Virus record (IMG/VR): IMGVR_UViG_3300035701_000008
Span: 1 to 64,000 of that record
DNA length: 64,000 nt
From: a virus
Direction: 5' to 3' (one strand)
The stretch's first letter is position 1; the number at the start of each line of letters is the position of its first letter. A model generated the notes under the pieces. The model was not told the origin of the DNA and did no database searches. It saw nothing but the letters and a program-made list of their open reading frames with translations. Positions 45,892 through 54,301 of the stretch are shown here, piece after piece. The position numbers were made by a program, and so were the translations under genes.

Positions 45892-46052
45892 TGACTTCTG
45901 GTAAAGCTAAAAAGAGTGGTAAGCCTAGAATGGCTCCTAAAGTGGGTATTCCTAAGAAGGATAAACCATTCTCACAGAATAAGTCTATGGATGATAAAAT
46001 CAGAAGAACTTCTGCTCAGCAACCAATGAAAAAGAAAAGTTTAGCAAAATAA
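45891..46052 (+). CDS. Small basic protein (53 aa; not in ORF track)
   Basis: MTSGKAKKSGKPRMAPKV...KKKSLAK, TAATG-coupled and ending at the terminator. Confidence 0.6.
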   Translation: MTSGKAKKSGKPRMAPKVGIPKKDKPFSQNKSMDDKIRRTSAQQPMKKKSLAK

Positions 46053-46053
46053 T

Positions 46054-46080
46054 AAAAGCCTCTATTAAGAGGCTTTTTTT
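46054..46080. terminator. Bidirectional intrinsic terminator at the strand switch
   Basis: Perfect hairpin AAAAGCCTCT-atta-AGAGGCTTTT with A- and T-runs on either side, between convergent blocks. Confidence 0.85.
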
Positions 46081-46696
46081 ATAATTGTTTTTTTAATTTA
46101 CTTCCCCAAGAGGATACATTTGAAGCATGTTCTAAATAATATCTCCATTCTTCTGGAATTTCATTTAAATACCAAGGAACATGCTTAATACAATAAGGTT
46201 TATCTAACCTAATTGCATTATAAGTGAATGGTGAGTTAGGTGGATATAATGCAAATGTAGTGTCTATATCAGCAATCCAACCATGTTCATTTTTATTAAC
46301 CCAGAACTTACTTTCCCAGTTTATTATATTCTGTCTAAGAGGTGTTTCAGGTAGATCTAAATCTAAAGAGAATCCTACCTTTATATTATCTTTTGCAATG
46401 TTTAACATTACATCTAGCCAATCATCTGGAACTCCTTCATAAGAACAATCTGAATCAGCTATTATAAAATAATCTGTTAAGTGTTGTTTTAAGTCATCTC
46501 CCCATACACTATGAGGACCTCCATTAACTTTAGAATATACAATCTCTACAGGACAAGTTTTGTAGTATTCTAACAATGGTGGGTATGTAGATTGTTGATC
46601 ATATATAATCACATCTATTCTACTCTCCTTAGATAGAAATTCTACTGTTTCTTTGAGTGTAGATAGGAGATTTCTATTTACTATTATTGCTTTCAT
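46079..46696 (-). CDS. Glycosyltransferase, GT2-like
   Basis: IIVNRN, IIYDQQSTYPPLL and FIIADSD (DxD) motifs. Confidence 0.7.
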   Translation of the reverse strand: MKAIIVNRNLLSTLKETVEFLSKESRIDVIIYDQQSTYPPLLEYYKTCPVEIVYSKVNGGPHSVWGDDLKQHLTDYFIIADSDCSYEGVPDDWLDVMLNIAKDNIKVGFSLDLDLPETPLRQNIINWESKFWVNKNEHGWIADIDTTFALYPPNSPFTYNAIRLDKPYCIKHVPWYLNEIPEEWRYYLEHASNVSSWGSKLKKQL

Positions 46697-47447
46697 TAAG
46701 AAAATCTTTTAGCATTTGTGAGTAGTCTTTATTCCAATGAGGAATAAGTTGAACATTTCCTGTGGGAATCAAATCTTTTTTTCTTAAATCTTCTATATAG
46801 TCACTGTGTCTTTGTATAACATTAGGTCTATCAGGAGTATCTGTTCCAAGACCAGATTGATGATAACCTCTACCACCCCACATATAAAACCAAGAGGCTT
46901 CTGATTCAGGCATTTTTGCATCAACAACATATTGTCTACCTAGAGCATGTATCTTATTAACTAATGTCATATCACCTCCAGCATTTTGTATAGGACTTTT
47001 ACCTATTTGCTCCCAAACTTTTTTACTATATACAATACCTGAATTACCAAGACCCATTATTTTTGTTATCTCAGGCTCATTATAAAATACACCTGTTTCC
47101 CAATGAATAATATTTGTATCTTCTTTCCAAAACTTAGCTATATTAGATAGGTGATTTGGTAAAGCTACATCATCATCATCCCATACAGCTATTAATTCTC
47201 CAGAGCATTGTTCTATTGCAAAATTTTCTTTATCTCCTATAGTGGCAAATGTTCCATCTATATTATAAATCTTTATTTCTGGATGATTATACACTAACTT
47301 CTGTAGAGGGTAATCATTAACTATAATAAGTTCTTTCTTACCAGGATACTCTTGTTGGAGGAAACTTTGTATTGCTTCCTCCAGAGTATCTACTCTTCCA
47401 TAAGTAATACATTTTGCAGAAATCATAGGAAATTCTTTATTTTCCAT
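46674..47447 (-). CDS. Glycosyltransferase family 2
   Basis: TYGR...LEEAIQSFLQQEY..KELIIVND and AVWDDDD motifs. Confidence 0.85.
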   Translation of the reverse strand: MENKEFPMISAKCITYGRVDTLEEAIQSFLQQEYPGKKELIIVNDYPLQKLVYNHPEIKIYNIDGTFATIGDKENFAIEQCSGELIAVWDDDDVALPNHLSNIAKFWKEDTNIIHWETGVFYNEPEITKIMGLGNSGIVYSKKVWEQIGKSPIQNAGGDMTLVNKIHALGRQYVVDAKMPESEASWFYMWGGRGYHQSGLGTDTPDRPNVIQRHSDYIEDLRKKDLIPTGNVQLIPHWNKDYSQMLKDFLNESNNSK

Positions 47448-47448
47448 A

Positions 47449-48075
47449 TTATAAATATTTAAAATTTGTTTTGTTTCTGTTTCTATTATTTAACATGGCA
47501 CTTAACGTACAAGGTTTCATATTAATACTTTCTGCAGCTTTTTTACAAGTATCAAATTTTTCACCAGTAACAATATTAATAACATATTTAGATGTATTGT
47601 TTCTATAGTTTTTATTTTTTCCTTTAGCTGCTAAAGATTTTTTAACTTTATCTTCTTCTGATAATTTTTTACCTTTATTTCCTTTAGAAATTTTATCTTT
47701 ATGTTCTTGAGTTAATGTTCTACCAATATTTTTAGCTCCACATTTTTTATTTATTTCTTTAGATGATCCAACTCTACCATCTCCTCCATTAGTATGGTTT
47801 ACTAAAATACCTGTTTGTAAATCTTCTCTACCATATAAAGAAATTAATCTTTGCTCTTCTAAAAAAGCTTCTTCTTTTGTACACTTATCAAGAACTATAT
47901 CAACTATAAAACCATATTTAGAAGATGTATTGTGCCAAAATTCACTACGACTTCTTAATCCTTTCCAATTAACAGCATTAGCTCTTTGATAATTATCAAA
48001 AGATAATAACCCTCCTACACCTATGTAAAAGGGTTGATTATTATCTTTTCTTATATGTACATAAACATAAGCCAT
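47449..48075 (-). mobile_element. Free-standing GIY-YIG-like homing endonuclease with NUMOD3/NUMOD1 tail
   Basis: YVYVHIR....PFYIG.G, E..LI..YGR.....G.LVN.T.GGDG and EHKDKISKGNKGKK motifs. Confidence 0.82.
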
Positions 48076-48076
48076 A

Positions 48077-48118
48077 TTATATTGTTATACATTTGCAACT
48101 AATGAAAGGATATTCCAT
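48077..48118 (-). pseudogene. Stranded 5' remnant of the GT2 gene (MEYPFISCKCITI*)
   Basis: Aligns with the GT2 N-terminus MENKEFPMISAKCITY on the other side of the endonuclease. Confidence 0.75.
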
Positions 48119-48120
48119 AA

Positions 48121-48405
48121 TTACAGTATTTCTACTATATCAAATATAGAAACTAATAATACACTAGTATCACCTTTAGGAATAACTAACGATTTGCTTA
48201 ATGCTGCAGGATCTACAAACACACTAGCTCCTACAACAAGATCTGGATCTGTAATAGCTGTACCTACAGAATGCACTGTAAGACTAGACATCTTCTTAAT
48301 CATTTCTTTTTCTAAAGCTTCTTTTGTATTCTCATCTACAATAAGCTTACCTTCTTCTTTCTTTGGGAGTTCTAAATAAACTCTGTTTCCTAATAATTTA
48401 GCCAT
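48121..48405 (-). CDS. GroES-like co-chaperonin
   Basis: KLLGNRVYL...V.SVG......LVVG..V....LLV...DIV pattern, 94 aa. Confidence 0.6.
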   Translation of the reverse strand: MAKLLGNRVYLELPKKEEGKLIVDENTKEALEKEMIKKMSSLTVHSVGTAITDPDLVVGASVFVDPAALSKSLVIPKGDTSVLLVSIFDIVEIL

Positions 48406-48411
48406 GGTTAT

Positions 48412-48681
48412 TTATTTTTCTGTTTTTTTAAAAAATCTTTCAGCATCTGCTGCATTCAATATAATTTCTGATTGTACTGTTTCTCTAACAGTTTTATATC
48501 CTTTCATCTTATTAGTTCTAATATCAATGTCAGGTTGTTGTGTAACACGTTCATTGAAATCATCTAATATAACAATAAGACTTCCATCTTCATTAGTTAA
48601 GGATCTAATCACCTTGTTAATGTTTAAAGAGGCTTTATATTCCTTGTCAGCTATTACAGCTGTGTAAATAAATTGATTCAT
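48412..48681 (-). CDS. Hypothetical protein
   Basis: 89-aa ORF in a tightly packed operon. Confidence 0.65.
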   Translation of the reverse strand: MNQFIYTAVIADKEYKASLNINKVIRSLTNEDGSLIVILDDFNERVTQQPDIDIRTNKMKGYKTVRETVQSEIILNAADAERFFKKTEK

Positions 48682-48686
48682 GTTGG

Positions 48687-48947
48687 TTATTTGTTAAGGG
48701 TTATTTCATCTAATATTTGATTGTACATACTCAAAGGCATATTACCAGATTGTCTATGTACTTCTTTTCCATCTTTTAGAAACACAATTGTAGGAAGACT
48801 TCTTACGCCATATTTTATAGCTGTTTCTCTATCTTTCTCTATGTCAATGTTGGTTATTCCTTCTACATCTTTTAATGTTTGAGCTAACACTCTACAAGGT
48901 CCACACCAACTTGCACTAAACTTAAGCACTTCTATACTATTTTCCAT
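48687..48947 (-). CDS. trxA: Thioredoxin
   Basis: FSASWCGPC active site and YGVRSLPT (cis-Pro) motif. Confidence 0.92.
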   Translation of the reverse strand: MENSIEVLKFSASWCGPCRVLAQTLKDVEGITNIDIEKDRETAIKYGVRSLPTIVFLKDGKEVHRQSGNMPLSMYNQILDEITLNK

Positions 48948-49587
48948 ATATATAATCTAATATTTTTCCAACTAATCCACTTCTGTGGTTAGCTTGTAGT
49001 TTAATCCATTTTATACCATCTATGTTTTTAGATAGTTCTATTGCAAAATCTAATCCTGTATAAGATTCATTTGTATCTCTTTGGGAATTGTCACCATTAA
49101 TAACTATTTTACCTGTAGTACCAAGTCTAGTTAGAATAGCTTCCATTTCTTTTTTAGTTAAGTTTTGAGCTTCTTCTACAATAAGAATATCATCTATAGT
49201 TTTACCTCTGATAAACTGTATAGGAAGAGCTTGTATCTTTCCATTCTTTACAAAATCATCCACTTTAATTCTATCTGTACATTTGTACAAGTTTTCAAGC
49301 AAAGCTTCCATATATGGATTAAACTTTTCTTTTAAATCTCCAGGAAGAAATCCTAAAGACTTACCCACTTCAATAGCACTTCTAGCTACTAGCACTTTGT
49401 CACATTGTTTAGTGTTCAGAAAATCTAATGCTGTAATAGCTCCCACTAATGATTTACCACTTCCTGCTCTTCCTGTAATAATAACAATTTGATTGTCTAT
49501 TATTAGTTCTTTAGCAAGTTTCTGTTCATCATTGAGAACTACATTATACTTAATCTCACTTTTTCTAGCTCTGTTAGGTTCTTTCAT
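48937..49587 (-). CDS. phoH: PhoH-like ATPase
   Basis: GRAGSGKS, LGFLPGDL.EK, FIRGKT, EEAQN, LTRLG and GD..Q.D motifs. Confidence 0.92.
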   Translation of the reverse strand: MKEPNRARKSEIKYNVVLNDEQKLAKELIIDNQIVIITGRAGSGKSLVGAITALDFLNTKQCDKVLVARSAIEVGKSLGFLPGDLKEKFNPYMEALLENLYKCTDRIKVDDFVKNGKIQALPIQFIRGKTIDDILIVEEAQNLTKKEMEAILTRLGTTGKIVINGDNSQRDTNESYTGLDFAIELSKNIDGIKWIKLQANHRSGLVGKILDYIYGK

Positions 49588-50026
49588 ATTTAGTTAATAA
49601 ATGGTTACGTCTTTTATTCACCTCTTCATATCTATACATATCATTTTCTACATTGCTATGTTCAAGAAGGGACAATAATACGATATTTTCTTCATCTAAA
49701 CAAGCTTCTGGATATTTTTCTTTTGGAAGAATATGATGGAAGTATGTAGACATAGCTTCACTACCAAGATAAACATCACTCACTTCTGACCTATGTGGTC
49801 TTTTGTTCCATACAGATAGAAAGAACTGCCTCATTTCCAAAAACTTACTAGGAGATTTGTCCAGTTTTTTCGATAATAAACTGGACTTTTGTATGGTTTT
49901 CCCACCACTAATCCCCTTTTTAGAGGTTAATGATGGGTTTACCCTACTTTGTTGCAATACTTTTCTAGGTTTATGCTGAAAGCAATATTCTCCATCAGAA
50001 TTCTTTCCACATGTTTTACACTTCAT
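49574..50026 (-). CDS. HNH-like protein with N-terminal CxxC..C..H zinc finger
   Basis: CKTCG....YCFQH and FHHILPKEKYPE....ENIVLL...EH motifs. Confidence 0.6.
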   Translation of the reverse strand: MKCKTCGKNSDGEYCFQHKPRKVLQQSRVNPSLTSKKGISGGKTIQKSSLLSKKLDKSPSKFLEMRQFFLSVWNKRPHRSEVSDVYLGSEAMSTYFHHILPKEKYPEACLDEENIVLLSLLEHSNVENDMYRYEEVNKRRNHLLTKYERT

Positions 50027-50355
50027 TACTTATCTGTAAAGTTTTTATTTAAATCATGTGATGATGGTCTTGGACCTAGTGGATCTGTAAAGCTACGATC
50101 AAATGGTTGTACACTAGATATAGGAATCTTACATTCAATTGGACCACCAAATGGAAAACTATTATATGGTGGTGTACAATCACAACTCTTATTCCATGGA
50201 GCATTTATCTTTTTACATCTAGGACATTCCCAAGCAAGTGAAGTTTCTTTAGGACATGTGCACATTTTTGGTGGTATTGTACTGTTCCAACTAAATGGCA
50301 TAATTTTATATCCTTGGCACTTAGTGCACATCTGAGGATGATCAAAACTAAGCAT
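50026..50355 (-). CDS. Cys-rich zinc-ribbon hypothetical protein
   Basis: CTKC, CTC and WECPRC..INAPW...CDC motifs. Confidence 0.55.
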   Translation of the reverse strand: MLSFDHPQMCTKCQGYKIMPFSWNSTIPPKMCTCPKETSLAWECPRCKKINAPWNKSCDCTPPYNSFPFGGPIECKIPISSVQPFDRSFTDPLGPRPSSHDLNKNFTDK

Positions 50356-50656
50356 TGTCTTTCACAAATTGACCGTTAATCATAACTCCTGTACGTTTAG
50401 CAATTACATTGTATGCACTATCTAAACATTCTGTCAAGCTCACTCCTTGCATTTCTGCTTGTATAATGATTGTAACTAGTATATCACCTAGAGCATCTAC
50501 TATCTCTTCATCATCACCCATAGCAATAGCAACCATAAGTTCTGTACATTCTTCCATGGTCTTACCAGCTTGTGCTATTGGTGTTCCTTTTAGAAAGATT
50601 CCTTTCTGTTCTGCCCAAGCTATAACAAGAGCTTCTAATTCATTGTAACTTTTCAT
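50348..50656 (-). CDS. MazG-like nucleotide pyrophosphohydrolase
   Basis: K..EE..EL......EI.DALGD.LV and AYN.I.KR.G..ING.FVK motifs. Confidence 0.82.
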   Translation of the reverse strand: MKSYNELEALVIAWAEQKGIFLKGTPIAQAGKTMEECTELMVAIAMGDDEEIVDALGDILVTIIIQAEMQGVSLTECLDSAYNVIAKRTGVMINGQFVKDNA

Positions 50657-50657
50657 A

Positions 50658-50852
50658 TTATTTTTTATTAATTATATTATTAAGCCTTTCAAACATATCT
50701 AAATTATCATTTAAAATAGGTTTAACTTCTTCTATTTCTACAGCATTTTTAATATGTTCTCTAACTTTTACTTTAGCTTGAGTTATATTTTCAGCTTCTA
50801 CCTTATACTTAAAAGTATTATTTTTAAGTTTACAATTAAAGTTATATATCAT
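50658..50852 (-). CDS. Hypothetical protein
   Basis: 64-aa ORF within the operon. Confidence 0.55.
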   Translation of the reverse strand: MIYNFNCKLKNNTFKYKVEAENITQAKVKVREHIKNAVEIEEVKPILNDNLDMFERLNNIINKK

Positions 50853-50855
50853 AAT

Positions 50856-51044
50856 TTATTTTTCTAATTCTATTATACATCTTTTTAAATAATTAGCCAT
50901 GTCTAAACATTCTTCATATGAATGTTGTAACCAATCTTTAAGATCTAAATCAGTTCTTTCAAGTGTAGTATTATATTTCTTAATACCCACTTGAGATCTC
51001 TGTAATAGATCAGCTCTTACTGCTTCAACTATTTTATCTTCCAT
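50856..51044 (-). CDS. Small conserved-type phage protein (all-alpha, possible NTP-PPase-like)
   Basis: RS.VG.KKY.TTL.R.DL....WLQH..EE..D...YL pattern. Confidence 0.6.
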   Translation of the reverse strand: MEDKIVEAVRADLLQRSQVGIKKYNTTLERTDLDLKDWLQHSYEECLDMANYLKRCIIELEK

Positions 51045-52117
51045 TATATTTCATCAAATAAGTTAGTTGGTTCTGGAACTACTGCATCTTCTTCTACTTC
51101 CACTTCTTCTATAGGAAGATCAGTTTGATTGATTGCATTTACAATCTTTTCTTTTAACTCATCATAGAACTCTGGATTATCAAGTACAAGCTGTTTGAAT
51201 TCTTCAAGATCATACTTAGTTCCATCTACAGTCATAGTTTTACCATACTTACGTCCTAGTTCAAACTCATTAAGAAGACTCATCATCTCATCTAGTTTGT
51301 CTATACCTAAACCATACACTATTTCAAACTCTGATTTTCTATATGGAGGAGACATTTTGTTCTTGATAGCTTTTAGCTTAGTGATATTACCATAAGTTAC
51401 ATCACCATCTTTAGCTAAACTTCTACTCACCTCAATACGAACATCACTATAGAACTTAAGAGCATGTCCTCCTTGTGTTGTTGTAGGATTTCCAAACATA
51501 ACACCAATCTTCTCTCTATACTGACTAATCACTATTACACATACATTATGCTGTGATAGAGCCCCTTTTAGCTTTGGATAAGCATTACTGTTCAATAAAG
51601 CTTTTCTACCTATTGTACTATCCCCTACATCACCATCAAGCATCTTCTTAGGAATGAGCGATGAATCACTATCTATGATTACAAGATCAATCTCTCCTGT
51701 ATTAATCATTTCCATAGCAATGTTAAATCCTTCCTCACCACAAGATGGTTGAGAGATTAACATTTTAGTAGTGTCTACACCTAACTTCTTGAAATAGGAT
51801 TTATCAACAGCGTGCTCACCATCTATATATAGAACAGTTCCACCTTTCTTTTGACATTCAGCTGCAGCATGTCCACATATTGTAGATTTACCTGTGCCCT
51901 CCCAGCCCATAAGTTCATAGAGTTTCCCCTTTACAAATCCTCCTACACCAAGAGTGATATGATCAAACCCAATACTTCCTGTACTGATTACATCATAATC
52001 TCCTCCTGCTTTAGAATCTAATGCTAATATTGAACCAACACCATAAGTCTTGTTCAATTTGTCCATTGCTTCTTGAAACTTGCTATTAGTTTCTTTTGCC
52101 ACTGCTTTCTTTGCCAT
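51044..52117 (-). CDS. recA: RecA recombinase
   Basis: ISTGS, GWEGTGKST, YIDGEHA, SQYREKIGVMFGNP.TT.GG.ALKFYS and KNKMSPP motifs. Confidence 0.96.
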   Translation of the reverse strand: MAKKAVAKETNSKFQEAMDKLNKTYGVGSILALDSKAGGDYDVISTGSIGFDHITLGVGGFVKGKLYELMGWEGTGKSTICGHAAAECQKKGGTVLYIDGEHAVDKSYFKKLGVDTTKMLISQPSCGEEGFNIAMEMINTGEIDLVIIDSDSSLIPKKMLDGDVGDSTIGRKALLNSNAYPKLKGALSQHNVCVIVISQYREKIGVMFGNPTTTQGGHALKFYSDVRIEVSRSLAKDGDVTYGNITKLKAIKNKMSPPYRKSEFEIVYGLGIDKLDEMMSLLNEFELGRKYGKTMTVDGTKYDLEEFKQLVLDNPEFYDELKEKIVNAINQTDLPIEEVEVEEDAVVPEPTNLFDEI

Positions 52118-52290
52118 TATTTAATTGTTTTAATTGTTTAAAGATACTAAATTTTTGTTTAATTGTCAAGTTTTATGTGTCATAAACTTGACAAAATGTT
52201 GTCTAATTGTGTATTATATAACACTTTATACTTATTGTTGGTGAATAACACTTATGTTCTGTTTGTTTTGGTGAAAAACACTTTGAGGGT

Positions 52291-52318
52291 AAAAAAGCCC
52301 CAGATTTCTCTAGGGCCT
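52291..52318 (-). terminator. Probable terminator (- strand)
   Basis: Imperfect GC-rich hairpin (GCCC...GGGC) next to an A6 run (U-tail on the - strand), downstream of the 52351 ORF. Confidence 0.5.
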
Positions 52319-52350
52319 TCCCAACAATTAAAAAACAGAAACAGAACTCT

Positions 52351-52527
52351 TTACTCACTTGTTCTAAGTGTTGTATTTCCTTTCTCACGTTTATCAAATG
52401 GACAATGTCTACAATTATTATTACAACATTGTTTCTTTGTCTTTAATAGATACTCTTTAGTGAAATGGACTCTTCCATCTTCTAAATAATAATCTACATG
52501 TTCTACAAAATCTTTTCCATCACTCAT
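52351..52527 (-). CDS. DUF5522-like Cys-rich protein (58 aa; not in ORF track)
   Basis: MSDGKDFVEHVDYYLEDGRVHFTKEYLLKTKKQCCNNNCRHCPFDK... Confidence 0.75.
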   Translation of the reverse strand: MSDGKDFVEHVDYYLEDGRVHFTKEYLLKTKKQCCNNNCRHCPFDKREKGNTTLRTSE

Positions 52528-52804
52528 CTCTATTCATTTTAGATTCATAAATGTAATATGTAATAATAGTTGGTTTAGCTCTAGATTTTTCTATAGCTTT
52601 TTCATAGAACAATTCAACCATTCCTTTTCTTTCTCTAAGTTTGTCTACTTGAAAACTACTATATAAACCAAGTTTATTACCATTTGTTTTAACTTTTTTT
52701 ATTTTTGAATTTGTTAATTTACTTCTTGCAGCTTCTTTAGTTATATTAAACATTTCTGCAATTTGTTCAACAGTGTAAAAAGTGTCTTTTTCAAATTTTG
52801 CCAT
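52520..52804 (-). CDS. Helix-turn-helix DNA-binding protein
   Basis: FYTVEQIAEMFNITKEAARSKL. Confidence 0.65.
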   Translation of the reverse strand: MAKFEKDTFYTVEQIAEMFNITKEAARSKLTNSKIKKVKTNGNKLGLYSSFQVDKLRERKGMVELFYEKAIEKSRAKPTIITYYIYESKMNRDE

Positions 52805-53030
52805 TATTATACTGTTTTATAAGTTCTCTTTCATCCTCAAATGCATATCTGTATTTGACATCTTTGTATTCTTCCATTATAAAAGGATTCTGTAGCTTTC
52901 TCCAGAAGTTCTTATCATCTTTTGTTTCTACAGCAAGAATGATGTGACTATCGTTATATCCACAAACATATCCTTTATATTTTGGATGTACAACTAACAT
53001 GTTTTTAAACTGGTTGAATACTTTTTCCAT
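52791..53030 (-). CDS. Hypothetical protein
   Basis: 79-aa overlapping ORF. Confidence 0.6.
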   Translation of the reverse strand: MEKVFNQFKNMLVVHPKYKGYVCGYNDSHIILAVETKDDKNFWRKLQNPFIMEEYKDVKYRYAFEDERELIKQYNNGKI

Positions 53031-53343
53031 CTTTGTCTAAGTTAAGACTAGCAAGTCTATTTTCTAATTCATATTCCACCTTTAGAATGAAGTTGATTTT
53101 CTCTTCAAGCTCTTGATCAATAATCCTACCTACAAAAGGCATTAAGTCATAAAGATTTGTATACACTCTAGCCATTCCATATTTGGTTTTTATTTGACTA
53201 AATTGAAATCCTGGAATCTTTATAAGATCATTGAATATCTGATCTACATATGCAAGTACAGAAGGTTCATGAATGTCCATTCCATAATGGTCTTCTTCAA
53301 TATACTGTTTATACTTCTCGTTAAATTCTTCTGTTGTTCTCAT
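53005..53343 (-). CDS. Hypothetical protein
   Basis: Likely start MRTTEEF at 53343, downstream of a -7 element. Contains a QIK.KYG..RVY motif. Confidence 0.6.
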   Translation of the reverse strand: MRTTEEFNEKYKQYIEEDHYGMDIHEPSVLAYVDQIFNDLIKIPGFQFSQIKTKYGMARVYTNLYDLMPFVGRIIDQELEEKINFILKVEYELENRLASLNLDKDGKSIQPV

Positions 53344-53364
53344 GTTTTTTAAATTATAGGGAGA

Positions 53365-53372
53365 CAAATATA
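53365..53372 (-). promoter_or_regulatory. Bacteroidota -7 element (TATATTTG, - strand)
   Basis: CAAATATA on +, inside an AGGGAGA/TCTCCCT hairpin. Confidence 0.6.
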
Positions 53373-53392
53373 CATCATCTCCCTGATTATTC

Positions 53393-53686
53393 CTAATTAA
53401 TTTTCATCCATTTACCATTCCACACTGATTTTTCATCAAGTATCCATTCTCCTTTACATCCTCTAAGATTAACTGGAAAAGGTCTTAATCTTTCAGCTGT
53501 AGTTCTAGACCATCCATAGTTACCATCACTTATATATAGGCCATCATCTTCTTGTTTAGCAATAGCTCTACCATGTAAGTACATAGTTATTACACCATCA
53601 TTGAATCTAACTTCTGTATTTCTACATTTGAATCTTTTTCTGGCATTAAATGCATCATGTGCATCACTCGTTATCTGTCTCATCAA
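53393..53686 (-). CDS. Hypothetical protein
   Basis: 97-aa ORF with LHG..IA and GW...TT.ERL motifs. Confidence 0.6.
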   Translation of the reverse strand: MMRQITSDAHDAFNARKRFKCRNTEVRFNDGVITMYLHGRAIAKQEDDGLYISDGNYGWSRTTAERLRPFPVNLRGCKGEWILDEKSVWNGKWMKIN

Positions 53687-54098
53687 TAAGTTCTTTAGGT
53701 GTTAATTTATTTTCTAACATTTCAAATGCAGCTTCTACAGCAAATAGCTCTGCTTCTTTTCTTGTAGAATATGGAGTAGATGGTGTATCATCTAAACTTT
53801 CTAATGTATCTATTCCTATTAAAAATTTCATTTTAGGAACATGAGGTTCTATTACAGAATGTATAGGAACAATATGTACATATAATCCATTCTCATCAAA
53901 TACATCTAATAACATTCTAGGATTAACATCAATCAATGTTCCTATCTTATCATCATCTACACCTTGCTCAAGCATAAAATCTTTAAATTCACTTGGCACT
54001 GATTCATCTTTAAATGAGTTAATCATTTCTTTTAGAAACCAATCTTTAACCACCTTTCCTGCTAGTGGATACTTCTCTATTAATTCAAGTCCTTTCAT
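53664..54098 (-). CDS. Hypothetical protein
   Basis: 144-aa ORF within the operon. Confidence 0.6.
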   Translation of the reverse strand: MKGLELIEKYPLAGKVVKDWFLKEMINSFKDESVPSEFKDFMLEQGVDDDKIGTLIDVNPRMLLDVFDENGLYVHIVPIHSVIEPHVPKMKFLIGIDTLESLDDTPSTPYSTRKEAELFAVEAAFEMLENKLTPKELIDETDNE

Positions 54099-54301
54099 GA
54101 GTTTACTTCTTTAAGTTTTACTAATTCTTTATGTTTATTCATCCACCAATCTCTCTCATAATCAAATTCATTAAGAGCATCTGTATTCTTAGCAGCATTA
54201 TATCTAATATCATACAATGCAGATATTACATCTGTAACTGCTGCCATTCTATCATCACCAAATTCAGCTACTAGCTTTTGGTATATTTCTTCGTTATACA
54301 T
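54095..54301 (-). CDS. Hypothetical protein
   Basis: 68-aa coupled ORF. Confidence 0.6.
   Translation of the reverse strand: MYNEEIYQKLVAEFGDDRMAAVTDVISALYDIRYNAAKNTDALNEFDYERDWWMNKHKELVKLKEVNS

Noticed and set aside
38185-48075. Group I introns or inteins housing the endonucleases
   Set aside because: The flanks are 0-30 nt, leaving no room for a ribozyme core. No intein termini are seen, and the host genes are complete without splicing.
48687-52117. phoH, trxA, mazG-like and recA as novel auxiliary genes or host contamination
   Set aside because: These are common in large aquatic phages and sit in a continuous phage-style operon.
52203-52397. 64-aa - strand ORF in the ORF track
   Set aside because: It overlaps the better DUF5522-like ORF (52351-52527) and runs through a terminator hairpin and repeats.
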